Shown one piece after another: positions 39,032 through 49,801 of a stretch of DNA of 64,000 nt (positions within the stretch are counted from its first letter, which is position 1; each line of letters begins with the position of its first letter). The stretch spans positions 18,013 to 82,012 of the forward strand of contig JAFYDK010000001.1 of the NCBI GenBank assembly GCA_017544805.1. Direction: 5' to 3'. This DNA comes from Bacteroidales bacterium (lineage in GTDB: Bacteria; Bacteroidota; Bacteroidia; Bacteroidales; UBA3824). Below the pieces are notes generated by a model. It was given only the letters and a program-made list of their open reading frames with translations. It ran no database searches and was not told the DNA's origin. The translations under genes were made by a program, and so were the position numbers.

Positions 39032-39532
39032 ATGAAGTTTAACAAAAACTATGATGCAAACAGCAATGATTTTGCATTCGACGAACTTGATAACAGCCAC
39101 CAAAAAGGCTATCAGTTAGCCAGAAAGAAAAAATCTCTCGAGGAAGAAGATGCCGAATTTGACGACGAATTCTCAGATGAGAATTTTGACGATTCTTTGT
39201 TGGATGATTTTGACGACGATATTGACGAGGTTGATTTTGACGACCTTGACTTGGATGAATTCGACGAAGAATTAAGCGATGACGATTTAGACGATGTTTT
39301 TAGCGGCAGCGGATCTTCGTCCCGTAAAAAGTCAAAGAATTCAAAAAAAGGTAAGAAATCTGACGACGATGATATGGACGATGATGAAATTGATGACAGC
39401 CGTTTTTACAACGACGAATTCAAAGATTTCGACAACTACACCACCGTTACGGATTTTGACGACGACTTGGATTCGTATTTAGACAACGAAAACTATTCGG
39501 ACGGATATTACGACTTCGACGACAGATACTAA
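39032..39532 (+). CDS. Highly acidic low-complexity protein
   Basis: About 63 of 166 residues are D/E by hand count. Own promoter TTTG(38940)-N21-TAACTTCG(38965) and downstream terminator. Confidence 0.7.
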   Translation: MKFNKNYDANSNDFAFDELDNSHQKGYQLARKKKSLEEEDAEFDDEFSDENFDDSLLDDFDDDIDEVDFDDLDLDEFDEELSDDDLDDVFSGSGSSSRKKSKNSKKGKKSDDDDMDDDEIDDSRFYNDEFKDFDNYTTVTDFDDDLDSYLDNENYSDGYYDFDDRY

Positions 39533-39589
39533 AAAAGAAACTCCGCCTTAAAAAAACAAATTGATTTTTAAGGCGGAGTTTCTTTTTTT
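39533..39589. terminator. Bidirectional terminator
   Basis: AAAAGAAACTCCGCCTTAAAAA..TTTTTAAGGCGGAGTTTCTTTT. Confidence 0.85.
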
Positions 39590-39609
39590 ATTATAAATTT
39601 CCAAAATTT

Positions 39610-41214
39610 TTAATTATCAAAAACATTGTAATACTCCTCAGGCGAATTAATCAATTCCAACGCCGCATTGTATTCCTTATCTTGAGAATTCAAAATCATC
39701 CGAGACTCGTTAGGACCGAACAAAAAGAACGCATAACGCGCTTTCAAATTCGTACAGATACGCTCTCGTGCCAAGGAATTAATGCTTTTATCATAATCCT
39801 TTCCCGTAATTTTCTGCATTTTAGTAGTATCGCTGACATGATAAACGTACAAAGACTCAAGCAATAAAGAATCAATAAAAAACATGCTTTTAAACTTTTG
39901 AAAAGTACCGTATTTTTTCAAATATTCCGCTCTTCTATTGTCAATATCGTCCATTACAAAATTGTCAATAACGCCGTTCTTAGCGAAATCCTCCCAAAAA
40001 TCAGCGATTTTTACAGTGTCCTCAGGAATGAAAATATCCGGAACAATTCCCATATCGGAATAAACTGGACGTTTTTTTATAATCGTCTGATAGACAAAAG
40101 CATCATCAAGTTTCAAATTTTTCAAAGAAATGTTTTCACCCTTTTCCTTTCTCTCGGAAAGTTCTTTTCCGTAGTCGGAAAATTTTCCGGGCGTGTACGG
40201 TTTTTGAATACAACGTCCTGAAGGCGTATAATATTTTGCCGTTGTAACCCTGATTTGCGAAGAATCACTCAAAGTAAAAATTCCTTGAACAAGTCCCTTG
40301 CCGAAACTTCTTCTGCCAAGAATAACGCCTCTGTCCCAATCTTGAAGCGCACCTGCTACGACTTCACTTGCCGAAGCAGATTTCTCGTTGATAATCACGC
40401 AAACACGGCTCTTATGCAACAAACCTTTCTCCGTAGAAAAATAACTTTGGTCACGGTGTTCACCCCTCGCGCTCAAAATCTGACGATCGGAATCAAAAAA
40501 ATTATCACAAACCTCAATACATGGCAATAAAAGTCCGCCCGGATTGTCCCGTAAATCCAAAATCAAATTAATACGTGATTTGCGCTTTTGAAATTTAGAA
40601 ATCACCTCACGGAACTCCCGCCCTGTCGAGGTTGAAAAACGTGAAATTCTGACATAAACCGTCGTGTCGTTAGGCGCATAATACGACTCAATACTATTGT
40701 TAGGAACTTGCCCCTTAAAAAGCGTCATGGGACGGATTTTTTTGTCCTTTATAATACCAAGTACGACACTATCCTTTTTGTTACGATTAATAATTTCACA
40801 AATATCGGCATGAGAGTAAAGATGTCCCGTAACCTCTTCCCTATCAATATATGCGATTTTAGCACCCGGTTTTAATCCGGCTTTTTGAGCGGGACTCTCC
40901 GGGATCACATAAGTTATGGTCATCGAATCGTTAAACATTCTGAATTGAATACCTAATCCTCTTTTGAAAGCACTCTGCTTTTTAGCATCTTCCTCGGCTT
41001 CGCGTTTAGTACGGTAAACGGTATGCGGATCCAACCTTTCAAACATGGTTTTAATGGTTTCCTCCACTAAACGCCTCATATTGATAGTATCCAAATAATT
41101 ATCAGAAAGACAACTGATTACGCTCTCAATTTTCTCCAATTCCGGATCCTGCTGAGCACGTAGGGGCATAACAAAAAACACGGAAAAAATCAAAACAATA
41201 AATGTCTTAGTCAT
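39610..41214 (-). CDS. S41 carboxy-terminal processing protease (PDZ)
   Basis: LDPHT, SPAQKAGL, DLRDNPGG, SASASEVVAGALQD, SFGKG, AKYYTPSGRCIQ. Confidence 0.92.
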   Translation of the reverse strand: MTKTFIVLIFSVFFVMPLRAQQDPELEKIESVISCLSDNYLDTINMRRLVEETIKTMFERLDPHTVYRTKREAEEDAKKQSAFKRGLGIQFRMFNDSMTITYVIPESPAQKAGLKPGAKIAYIDREEVTGHLYSHADICEIINRNKKDSVVLGIIKDKKIRPMTLFKGQVPNNSIESYYAPNDTTVYVRISRFSTSTGREFREVISKFQKRKSRINLILDLRDNPGGLLLPCIEVCDNFFDSDRQILSARGEHRDQSYFSTEKGLLHKSRVCVIINEKSASASEVVAGALQDWDRGVILGRRSFGKGLVQGIFTLSDSSQIRVTTAKYYTPSGRCIQKPYTPGKFSDYGKELSERKEKGENISLKNLKLDDAFVYQTIIKKRPVYSDMGIVPDIFIPEDTVKIADFWEDFAKNGVIDNFVMDDIDNRRAEYLKKYGTFQKFKSMFFIDSLLLESLYVYHVSDTTKMQKITGKDYDKSINSLARERICTNLKARYAFFLFGPNESRMILNSQDKEYNAALELINSPEEYYNVFDN

Positions 41215-41958
41215 CTAAAGAGAATATATTTTGTTGAGAATTTCGGTTAAGGCTATTCCTGCTTTTTCAGGCAGATAAATATCCGTAATACTGTCAGTAT
41301 AAGCGGATTTTGATGGATTAATTTCGATAATTTTAGCACCTTTTTGTTTGGCTACAGTAGGAATATACGCAGCGGGAGTTACCTCGCCGGTAGTACCGAT
41401 AACCAAAACGACGTCGGCTTTTTCTGCCAAAGCAAAAGATTCTTTATAAGCATTTTGAGGAATACCTTCTTCAAAAAATATGAAATCAGGTTTCAAAATT
41501 CCACCGCATTTACATTTAGGCGGCAAATTTTCCAAACTGACATCCTTTACCGAATACTTTTTTCCACAATTCATACAGACCATTTGGTCTAACGTTCCGT
41601 GAAACTCTATCACTTTTTTGCTGCCCGCTTTTTGATGGAGATTATCAATATTCATCGTAACGACAGCCTTCAAAAAACCAAGTTCTTCAAGTTTTGCCAA
41701 GGCTTTATGAGCCGAATTAGGTTCGGATTTTCCCCAATAATCATAAAAAATCTCTTTGATAGACTTCCAGCAAACAGAAGGTGAATCAATAAAACGACTC
41801 AAAGAAAGTATTTCCGGATCGTATTTCGACCACAACCCTCCCTCGCCTCTGAACGAAGGAATACCGCTTTCAACGCTTATTCCCGCACCCGTAAAGGCAA
41901 TCATACTTTTTGCATTCTTTATTATCGATGCAATTTCAAGTACAGCATTTTCATTCAT
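41215..41958 (-). CDS. cobB: NAD-dependent protein deacylase (sirtuin)
   Basis: TGAGISVESGIPSFRG, NIDNLH, EFHG, CMNC..CKC. Alternative GTG start at 41964. TATCTTTG on minus at 41991-41998. Confidence 0.9.
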   Translation of the reverse strand: MNENAVLEIASIIKNAKSMIAFTGAGISVESGIPSFRGEGGLWSKYDPEILSLSRFIDSPSVCWKSIKEIFYDYWGKSEPNSAHKALAKLEELGFLKAVVTMNIDNLHQKAGSKKVIEFHGTLDQMVCMNCGKKYSVKDVSLENLPPKCKCGGILKPDFIFFEEGIPQNAYKESFALAEKADVVLVIGTTGEVTPAAYIPTVAKQKGAKIIEINPSKSAYTDSITDIYLPEKAGIALTEILNKIYSL

Positions 41959-42072
41959 TTCCACTCAGATTTTAGTTGCACAATTGTTTGCAAAGATAAT
42001 TCTTTTTTATGGGAAATAATACAAATTTAATTATTATTTTTTCCGATTTTATCTATCATTTTTCTTAAAACA

Positions 42073-44154
42073 CTAAAATCTTTCAAAATCCGAATCCTCA
42101 CCTGAATCTTGCAAATCGATTTTAGCACCTTTGGTTTGCTCCAAAGCCTTGGTTGTGGTCGGAGAAAGTTCTTTTTGCTCAACTTTCACCCTCGAAGTGC
42201 GTTTCTGCGGAACTGTTGAAGCAGGTTTTGTTGCCACTTCCGTTGAAATTTTTCCCGTTTGAGGATTATCCTTAGGCTTATCCTCTCTCTGAATTTTCTG
42301 TTTAAAACTTGAAGTTTTGTTTTCAAAAACTTTTTTCTCAGAAACATTTTCAACATTAAAATAAGCAACAGCTTTTTTCAAAACATCGCATTGCTCTGTC
42401 AAATTAGCACTTGTAGAGGCTAATTCTTCCGACGAAGAAGCATAACCTTGAGTTACTTCGTTAAGGCTCTGAACCGCTGAATTTATTTGACCGATATTTG
42501 CAGTCTGTTCGCTTGAAGCGGCCGCAATTTCTCTTACGAGATCGGTTGTCCTTTCAACATCAGGAACAATATCTTTCAACAACATACCGGCATTTTCCGA
42601 AATTTGAACGCCGTCTTTGCTGACTTTATCAATTTCGGCAGCTGCTTTAGCACTTCTTTCGGCAAGTTTTCTGACCTCAGCGGCAACAACGGCAAAACCT
42701 TTGCCCTGCTCCCCTGCCCTTGCAGCCTCAACAGCAGCGTTAAGAGCAAGAATATTCGTCTGAAAGGCAATTTCGTCAATAATTGAAATTTTGTCAGCAA
42801 TTTCTTTCATCGCCGTCATCGAAAGCGAACTTGCCTCACTACCTTTACGAATACCAGAAAGGGTTTTCAAAGCGATTTTTTCAGTTTCGCGGGCATTATC
42901 GTTGTTTTGAGAAATAGATGCCGTAATCTCCTCGATAGACGAGCTAACCTCCTCTGCTGAAGAGGCTTGATGACCAGCATTATCACTCATCATTTGAGCC
43001 GTTTTAGACATTTGGCTCGAACTTGTATAAATATATTCCGTACCCAAATTAATTTTTGCAACAATATCACGCAGTTTTTTCGACATCATATTAACAATCT
43101 CAGCAATTCTTCCAATCTCGTCTTGACTGTCAATATCAACACGAGTATTCAAATCGCCGTCGCCGATTTTTTCCAAACCGTACATGACTTTTTTAAGAGG
43201 AACTACCACATCGCTGGCTATTTTTAAGGCGATAATGATTGACACGACAAAGAATATCAAAAACGCAATTACTGCTAATCCTATAAGCGAAGAAACTCTG
43301 GAAGCAACATTAGACATAACTTCCTGACTTTTAACGGTTGCCGTATTAGAAAGACCTTTAGCCAAGCCCAAAACTTTCTGTGAAAATCCAAGCGAAACGC
43401 CTTCAATATTTTTGTAACGACCAAACATTACGTAATATTCTTTTGAACCGCTAACATATTGTTGAATAAGCGAAATTAATTTGTCAGCCTCGTTAGAAAC
43501 ACCGTATTGAGAGGAAAAACCTCTGATTTGAGCCATATTACGGCTGACTAAAGCAATAGTTTGCTGAACCTTTGCCTGATCTTTCATTAAGCCTTTTGCG
43601 TCTTTTATACATTGAACGGTTTCCAAAATCAAAGCAACCCGTTGAGCAGCATTTTTGTCGGAGGCAGCAATTACTTTGTCCTTTATATAAAACATAATTT
43701 TATAAAATTCCTCCTTCAATTGCTCCAAATCAGCATACTTTAAATCCATTTTACGAATCAACTCATTGACTTCCAAGAGTTTAGTTTCGTATACTTGAAG
43801 ATTATAACCGGCAGAATCCAAAGCGTTTTTTTCCCCTGGTGCTACAGCCTTAGTTTTAAGCTCCTCTACTTGTTTTTTTGCGGTCTCAAGATTGACTTTC
43901 GCATTTTCAAATTCCACATTATCATGCGAGGCAATATACCCACGGAAATGAAACATACACATAATCGTTGACTCGTTAAGACCGTGAATCAACGTATTTT
44001 TTGGTACGTTATTTTCCGTAATATTGACAATGGTATTTTTAATTTTGATAGTAGTTGATACCGGAAGTAAATAACTCACGGCCATAAGCAAGATCAAAAA
44101 ACCAATTCCAAACAAAAGTTTTTTTCTAAGCGGTAAATTCTTAAAGTTGAACAT
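42073..44154 (-). CDS. Methyl-accepting chemotaxis protein (TM, helical periplasmic sensor, TM, HAMP, MA domain, C-terminal pentapeptide)
   Basis: [51 protein letters not shown], terminal DFERF. Likely ATG at 44154. Confidence 0.95.
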   Translation of the reverse strand: MFNFKNLPLRKKLLFGIGFLILLMAVSYLLPVSTTIKIKNTIVNITENNVPKNTLIHGLNESTIMCMFHFRGYIASHDNVEFENAKVNLETAKKQVEELKTKAVAPGEKNALDSAGYNLQVYETKLLEVNELIRKMDLKYADLEQLKEEFYKIMFYIKDKVIAASDKNAAQRVALILETVQCIKDAKGLMKDQAKVQQTIALVSRNMAQIRGFSSQYGVSNEADKLISLIQQYVSGSKEYYVMFGRYKNIEGVSLGFSQKVLGLAKGLSNTATVKSQEVMSNVASRVSSLIGLAVIAFLIFFVVSIIIALKIASDVVVPLKKVMYGLEKIGDGDLNTRVDIDSQDEIGRIAEIVNMMSKKLRDIVAKINLGTEYIYTSSSQMSKTAQMMSDNAGHQASSAEEVSSSIEEITASISQNNDNARETEKIALKTLSGIRKGSEASSLSMTAMKEIADKISIIDEIAFQTNILALNAAVEAARAGEQGKGFAVVAAEVRKLAERSAKAAAEIDKVSKDGVQISENAGMLLKDIVPDVERTTDLVREIAAASSEQTANIGQINSAVQSLNEVTQGYASSSEELASTSANLTEQCDVLKKAVAYFNVENVSEKKVFENKTSSFKQKIQREDKPKDNPQTGKISTEVATKPASTVPQKRTSRVKVEQKELSPTTTKALEQTKGAKIDLQDSGEDSDFERF

Positions 44155-44359
44155 AGTGTATTTTTTTATGCTTATTATATTTTTCTTGATAATTCCAAAA
44201 ACTAATTTCTTATACGAAAAAAGCGGAAAAAAGTTTCTATAAAAACAGAAAAAATTATGCCAAAAAACTTTCACTCGGAAATTAAGGAAATAATTGTCAA
44301 TTTTTTTTGTAAAATTTAAAATTATTTATATAACTTTGCAAACTCAAAGATTAAAAACG

Positions 44360-45031
44360 ATGGAAAACAAAAAAGCGTTAGTTGAATATTCCGGTGTAGA
44401 AATAGAACGCTCCGGGCAGACAATCATTTCGGATGTAAACTTCCAACTATTTGAATCAGAGCTGATTACAATAGACGGGAGCATAGGTAGCGGCAAGACA
44501 TCGCTATTCAAAACTCTTTACGCCGATTTGCCGATTAAAAAAGGCAGTGCAAGGGTTTTGGACTTTGAACTCAACGGCATCCCGGAAAGAAAAATTTCAA
44601 AACTCCGTCGCAGAATGGGAATCATTTTTCAAGATTATCAACTTTTTGACACAAAAACAGTCAGCGGCAATCTTGAATTTGTAATAGATTCGTTAGGTTT
44701 CAAAACGCCGTGTCCGAGAGAGGAATATATCAACAACGTGTTAGGAAAAGTCGGAATCATAGGCAAAGCGGGTAGTTTTACACACATGCTTTCGGGCGGA
44801 GAGCGTCAAAGCGTTGCAATTGCGCGGGCTATTGTTTGCAAGCCTGAAATCATTATCGCTGACGAGCCGACAGGAAATCTTGACGAACAATCAGCAAGAC
44901 ATATTGCAAAACTACTTTACTCTCTCTCTCAAGAAGGCACTTCGGTAATCGTTGCAACACACGACGGCGATGTTTTTAAAGAGTTTCAACACAGAGAGTT
45001 ACACGTAGAAAATGGCAAATTAATAAGCTAA
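44360..45031 (+). CDS. FtsE-like ABC ATPase
   Basis: GSIGSGKT, LRRRMGIIFQDYQL, LSGGERQ, ADEPTGNLD, ATHD. ATG at 44360 after TAACTTTG (44331-44338). Confidence 0.8.
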   Translation: MENKKALVEYSGVEIERSGQTIISDVNFQLFESELITIDGSIGSGKTSLFKTLYADLPIKKGSARVLDFELNGIPERKISKLRRRMGIIFQDYQLFDTKTVSGNLEFVIDSLGFKTPCPREEYINNVLGKVGIIGKAGSFTHMLSGGERQSVAIARAIVCKPEIIIADEPTGNLDEQSARHIAKLLYSLSQEGTSVIVATHDGDVFKEFQHRELHVENGKLIS

Positions 45032-45059
45032 TTTTTTATTATTTTCATACAATTAACAT

Positions 45060-45096
45060 AAAAAAATAACCGTTCTTCCGAACGGTTATTTTTTTT
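45060..45096. terminator. Bidirectional terminator
   Basis: AAAAAAATAACCGTTC-ttcc-GAACGGTTATTTTTTT. Confidence 0.88.
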
Positions 45097-47146
45097 ATCC
45101 TTGTGCCGGTAAATCATCGCCTTCCGGCTCTCCGTCAGGGAGTTGCTGTTTGACAAATTGTTCATCTTGATGTTGTTCAAATGAGGGTTCGCCTTCAAGA
45201 GCGTCCTCTGAAACTACTTCTGTCTGTTCCATTTGAGAATTATTTAATTGGTTATCGTCATCGTCCTGCAAGCCGGTATAAATTTTAATTATTTTCGGCT
45301 CTTTTCTCTCCTGAGCATCCGAAGAATTTTCTTCCTCAGTCGTAGTAGCTGTTGTGGTGGTCGTGGTAGTAGTCGTGGTTACGGTTGTAACAATATCATC
45401 CTCGTCTTCATCAAGTGAGATATTAGCACCCATAGCCGTATCTATTTCAAAATCAGGCGTTTCCTCTCCGTCCGACTCAACATAATCATCTTGTTCGTCA
45501 GGATTATAACCCGGAAGTTCTTCCTCCTCGGTCTCCTCAACTACTGCTTTTGAATCCTCGTGATTATCATAATATTGCTCCAATAAATTCTCATCAACCT
45601 CATCCGATTGAAAATCACTTTGATCATCATCGTCCTCTGTTTCTTTCGTCTCTTCAACAAGAATTTGGGTTTTCTCATCTGAAACTTCTTGCTCTTCATC
45701 AGATTTCTTTTGCTCCTGATCTTCAGAAACTTTTTCTTCCATCACAATAGTTTCAGATGAATTATTCTCAAGATTTTCAGATGAATATTCTTCTTGAGCC
45801 GAAGTATTTTCAATAGTTTCAGAAGTGTTTTCAACTATTTCAGAAGTGTTTTCAATAGTTTCAGAAGAATTTTCAACAGTTTCAGAAGAATTTTCAATAG
45901 TTTCAGAAGAATTCTCAACAGTCTTTGAAGAATTTTCTTCGGGCTCGATTTTTTCACCCATTAAAGGATCTGAATCCTCCTTAGGGACTGTTGTAGTCGT
46001 TGTCGTAACGGTCGTAAAAGTATCTCCAGAATCGTTAATAACAACAGTTTCGGTTGTCGTAGTAGTCGTTGTTTGGGGTTCGGGTTCTACCTTAACAATA
46101 AGATTATCGTATTCAGGCTCTTTTTCGTCCGAAGTATCTTCCTTTTTAACGTCATCGTTTGAAATTTCAACAATGATTTTATCAGCCTCCAAATCCTTAG
46201 AAATCAAAGTCGCCGTATCATCTATAACCTCTTGAGTTGTAACGGTTTGAGTCGTTTCTTCAACGGTTCTAAGAATTTCCAAATCAAAACTTGAAACTTT
46301 TACGTAATCATCAGCATACATTTCAAACTGACTCGAAAGCGACCAAATGCGGTACCAAATTCTCAAAACAATGAAAAACTGCTGAACGAAAAACATAATT
46401 ATCAGTCCCCATGTTGAAGCCGTACCGATTTTGTCAAAAGTCATTTTATAAAGAACAAGCGTAAAAAACGGAACAACCAAAAGCAATGCGTACAAGAAAT
46501 AAGTTTTAACAAAATTGTTGAAAACATATTTCACGGCTTTTCCGATAGCTTTTAAAACTCTGTGAGTTTCAGCCATTTCCATATAAAATTTGGCATAATC
46601 CGAAATCATCAAAAGCAAAACAACAACGCAAGCATAAATAAATGCCGCAATCGAATACGCCCAATACAAAGGACCTTCCGAGGTGATATTGCCGAACAAC
46701 TGCAAAAGTAAAGATGCTAATCCGAAAAGAACGAAAAACATCACTATTTGAGCAAGAATCATTAAAATATCACAAAGCAAAAACCTCAAAAAATTAACGC
46801 CCGCACCCGAAAAAAACGTTGTCGTAGTGTAGTCCTCCTTGTTGAAACAACGTATAATCCCGCCGACAAAAAATATCATTATCAGCCAGTAAACAAACAC
46901 CGTAAACACGCCTTGATGAAAAATAGAATCCAAATTCCAAGAATGAAAATTCATCAATTCGGTAAAAGCCGTCCAATCAAGCGTTTTGGAAATTATGCTT
47001 GAAGAACTCGCCGACTGAAACGAAAAGAAAAACGGCAATGCCAACGATAATCCCAAAAGCAAACAAATTGCGTAAATCAGAAAAATCATTTTCGGCCTGC
47101 GCAACGAATTTCTAAAACCTGAAGAATATGCCTTTAATATATTCAT
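45095..47146 (-). CDS. Six-TM membrane protein with a ~390-aa acidic, Thr-rich disordered tail
   Basis: Hydrophobic N-terminal ~280 aa, then E/D/T/S-rich tail with poly-Thr runs and heptapeptide repeats. Confidence 0.75.
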   Translation of the reverse strand: MNILKAYSSGFRNSLRRPKMIFLIYAICLLLGLSLALPFFFSFQSASSSSIISKTLDWTAFTELMNFHSWNLDSIFHQGVFTVFVYWLIMIFFVGGIIRCFNKEDYTTTTFFSGAGVNFLRFLLCDILMILAQIVMFFVLFGLASLLLQLFGNITSEGPLYWAYSIAAFIYACVVVLLLMISDYAKFYMEMAETHRVLKAIGKAVKYVFNNFVKTYFLYALLLVVPFFTLVLYKMTFDKIGTASTWGLIIMFFVQQFFIVLRIWYRIWSLSSQFEMYADDYVKVSSFDLEILRTVEETTQTVTTQEVIDDTATLISKDLEADKIIVEISNDDVKKEDTSDEKEPEYDNLIVKVEPEPQTTTTTTTETVVINDSGDTFTTVTTTTTTVPKEDSDPLMGEKIEPEENSSKTVENSSETIENSSETVENSSETIENTSEIVENTSETIENTSAQEEYSSENLENNSSETIVMEEKVSEDQEQKKSDEEQEVSDEKTQILVEETKETEDDDDQSDFQSDEVDENLLEQYYDNHEDSKAVVEETEEEELPGYNPDEQDDYVESDGEETPDFEIDTAMGANISLDEDEDDIVTTVTTTTTTTTTTATTTEEENSSDAQERKEPKIIKIYTGLQDDDDNQLNNSQMEQTEVVSEDALEGEPSFEQHQDEQFVKQQLPDGEPEGDDLPAQG
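45801..45937. repeat. 21-bp tandem repeat, about 6.5 copies, encoding EN(S/T)SET(V/I)
   Basis: Units such as gaagaattttcaatagtttca, gaagtgttttcaatagtttca and gaagaattttcaacagtttca. Confidence 0.9.
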
Positions 47147-47182
47147 TTTTTTATTCTAATTTTTTTAGTCGGTTAATAAATT

Positions 47183-49174
47183 TTAAGCAAAGAAAAATAC
47201 TGTTTGGAAAACGTTTTCTACCCAAAACAAAAATTTTGAAGCGTATTTCCAAATCGGGTTTTGCGAATCGGATTCGTAACTTATTGAATTGTTAATCAAA
47301 TCAATATCACAACGGATTTTGTTTTTCGGGTCGATTTGAGCAGAAACTACGCTGCTGTTTTTGGTAAACGAAAATTCCTTGCAACGACCTTTACCGTCCC
47401 ATTTTACGATTTCCTCATCGCCGTTCTTAAACCTTACCAATATCTCAACCGGCATTACCATCGTACCCATTCTCTGAACAAAAACCGATGATTTTATCAC
47501 ACTTTCGCCGTCCTCGCGTCCTAAAATTTTGTCAATTCCACTGTCAAAAAAGCCTTTCTGAGATTCCTTAACAACGGTATTAACTATTTTTGTAAGTTTA
47601 TAATCACAAACCTCGTCGGTTAAAAACGCACTTTTGAAAAACCAATTCAAATTATCTCCTAAATCAGAATTTTTAATTTCGCTGACTTTTTTGTTGATAA
47701 CACCGTAAAAATCATTTGCTGAAGGATGAGAATATTTGAATCTTTCATAATAATCTTTCATCGCTGCGTTAAAATTATCCTCGCCCAACATACCTTTCAA
47801 TGTTTGCAACATCGTAGCGGGTTTGTTGTAAGCCATCAACTGATAAGTATGTGAAGGATAACGCCATACATAATTATTAATAGTAGAAATTGCGGGATTA
47901 TAAGACTGAGTATATCCGAGCCTTATTTTTTCAGAGGCGTTTTTCTTAAAGCCTAAGAAATTGAAGTCAGAACCCTCACCGAAATAAGCGTCCAAAATTT
48001 CACCCTCGTAAAAATATGTGATTCCCTCGTCAAGCCAAGCCTCTTCAAACTCGTTGCTTGCAACTGCTGCCATAAAATAATTATGTACAAACTCGTGAAC
48101 AGCAACGCTTTCAGCCTCATGTATTCCGTCAATACGATTTGTATGAACGGTTATAAACATCGGATATTCCATTCCGGCAGCACCACGTGCATAAAAAGGA
48201 CAATCAGCAAGCGTAATTTGAGGATAAGGATATTCGCCGACATTTTTCTGCATATACTCCATTGCAAATTTTACGGCGTTAATATAACGCTCCGCATCAG
48301 AGGAATGTTCGGGCATATACAAAAGTTTGATACCTTTATTATTATAAGTATCAAGCATAACCTTGTAAGCAGGCGATGCCGTCCATGCAAAATCAATCAC
48401 GTCGTTAGCGAAAAACTTGTAAGTCTTTGTACCATCGCCGAGTGTGGCATTATAAGTTTCAACGCCGGTTGCTCCGACAACGTATTTTTCGGGAACGTTA
48501 ATCGAGACTTCATACGTGCCGAAATCAGCATAAAACTCCGAATCAAAATGAAATTCATGACAATTCCAACCAGCAGTCTTACGACCTCTCATGCCCTTAG
48601 GCTCGTAAACCGCAATTTTTGGAAACCACTGTCCGACCATAAAAAAGTCTCCCCTTTCATAACCAGTTCTCTTTAAGATTTTCGGTAATTTTGAAAGAAA
48701 CGAAACACTGATTTGAATTTGACCGCCGGGGACAACACCCTTTGGCAAAGCCACTTTCATAACCGTCTGATCGTCCTCGTTGTTGGTATCGGGGTGAACA
48801 TATTTCAAATCAGGTGTCAAGGGATCGCCCTCCAATGTCGTCATTCTTAAAATATCAATGTATCCCCAATCAGAATCCGAAAAATCTTCGCTCAAATTAT
48901 AACCGTATTCCCTCGCACTTTCTAAGAAAAAAGTACTCTTGGAATTTTTAAAAGCATTAAGATAAGTGTGGAACATAAGCTCCGAAACCGTATCCCTTGT
49001 ATTATTTTTCCACGTAATAATCTCCGTAGCGGAAATCATTTTAGCCTCTGTATCAAGTTTAGCATCTATTTTGTAAGATGCGATTTGCTCAGTTCTGTTC
49101 TCCAAAACCAAATCCTGAGCCGAACAAACAATACAGCTCAAACATAAAAGCGAAGAAATTATGATTTTTCTCAT
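47183..49174 (-). CDS. M1 family metalloaminopeptidase (secreted)
   Basis: Signal peptide, GQWFPK, AAGMEYP, HEFVH-18-E (AWLDEG). Confidence 0.9.
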   Translation of the reverse strand: MRKIIISSLLCLSCIVCSAQDLVLENRTEQIASYKIDAKLDTEAKMISATEIITWKNNTRDTVSELMFHTYLNAFKNSKSTFFLESAREYGYNLSEDFSDSDWGYIDILRMTTLEGDPLTPDLKYVHPDTNNEDDQTVMKVALPKGVVPGGQIQISVSFLSKLPKILKRTGYERGDFFMVGQWFPKIAVYEPKGMRGRKTAGWNCHEFHFDSEFYADFGTYEVSINVPEKYVVGATGVETYNATLGDGTKTYKFFANDVIDFAWTASPAYKVMLDTYNNKGIKLLYMPEHSSDAERYINAVKFAMEYMQKNVGEYPYPQITLADCPFYARGAAGMEYPMFITVHTNRIDGIHEAESVAVHEFVHNYFMAAVASNEFEEAWLDEGITYFYEGEILDAYFGEGSDFNFLGFKKNASEKIRLGYTQSYNPAISTINNYVWRYPSHTYQLMAYNKPATMLQTLKGMLGEDNFNAAMKDYYERFKYSHPSANDFYGVINKKVSEIKNSDLGDNLNWFFKSAFLTDEVCDYKLTKIVNTVVKESQKGFFDSGIDKILGREDGESVIKSSVFVQRMGTMVMPVEILVRFKNGDEEIVKWDGKGRCKEFSFTKNSSVVSAQIDPKNKIRCDIDLINNSISYESDSQNPIWKYASKFLFWVENVFQTVFFFA

Positions 49175-49419
49175 ATATTTAAAATTGTCTTTTTTTATAA
49201 TTTAACGGCAATAATGTTAAAATTTTACATAAAAAAGTAAAATTAAAATTATCGTTTATCCCATGTCGTTTTCAAAAAGTAAAAGTAATACCTTTAAATG
49301 AAACTACCAAAATTTTTTTTATCGAAAATAAATAATAATTTTTTTCACATTTTTTTTTAGAAAAGTAATAATTAAAATTTATCTTTGTGCGGTATTTATA
49401 AAAAAAGTGATTTAAGATT

Positions 49420-49800
49420 ATGAATAATATTTTACCGACAACTTTCAACGTTTTGTATGTCTTTGCAGGCATGGTTCTTTTGGAATTTATCATTTTTTTG
49501 ATAATGTCAGCCAAAAAGAAATTGAATGTAATAAGAATATTTTTTGCCGTTTTGAGCGGAAACGCTTTCACGACAGTTTTAAATCTTTTCGTTCCCGAAG
49601 GCAGTTCCACATTCGGGTATCTGACATGGTTTATAATAGCATTTTTGATGGCAATTGCAGCTGAATGGCTGATTTACATTGCTTATTTCAACGATAGGGA
49701 AAACCGCCTTTCAAAGACCGGATTTCTTTGGATTTCAATAGTTTGTAACTTAGTTACGTTTTCGATTCTTTATCTTTTGAAACAATATTCTCTGCTTTAA
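49420..49800 (+). CDS. Hypothetical four-TM membrane protein
   Basis: Four hydrophobic helices. TATCTTTG promoter element at 49380-49387. Confidence 0.65.
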   Translation: MNNILPTTFNVLYVFAGMVLLEFIIFLIMSAKKKLNVIRIFFAVLSGNAFTTVLNLFVPEGSSTFGYLTWFIIAFLMAIAAEWLIYIAYFNDRENRLSKTGFLWISIVCNLVTFSILYLLKQYSLL

Positions 49801-49801
49801 G

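Noticed and set aside
45801-45937. Possible CRISPR array
   Set aside because: The 21-bp units are contiguous, have no spacers and lie in frame inside a CDS. No cas genes are present.
45825-46235. Antisense and nested ORFs in the track (for example 45825-46235, 48083-48676, 4487-4969, 34849-35343)
   Set aside because: They are shadows of well-supported genes on the opposite strand and have no motifs or initiation signals.
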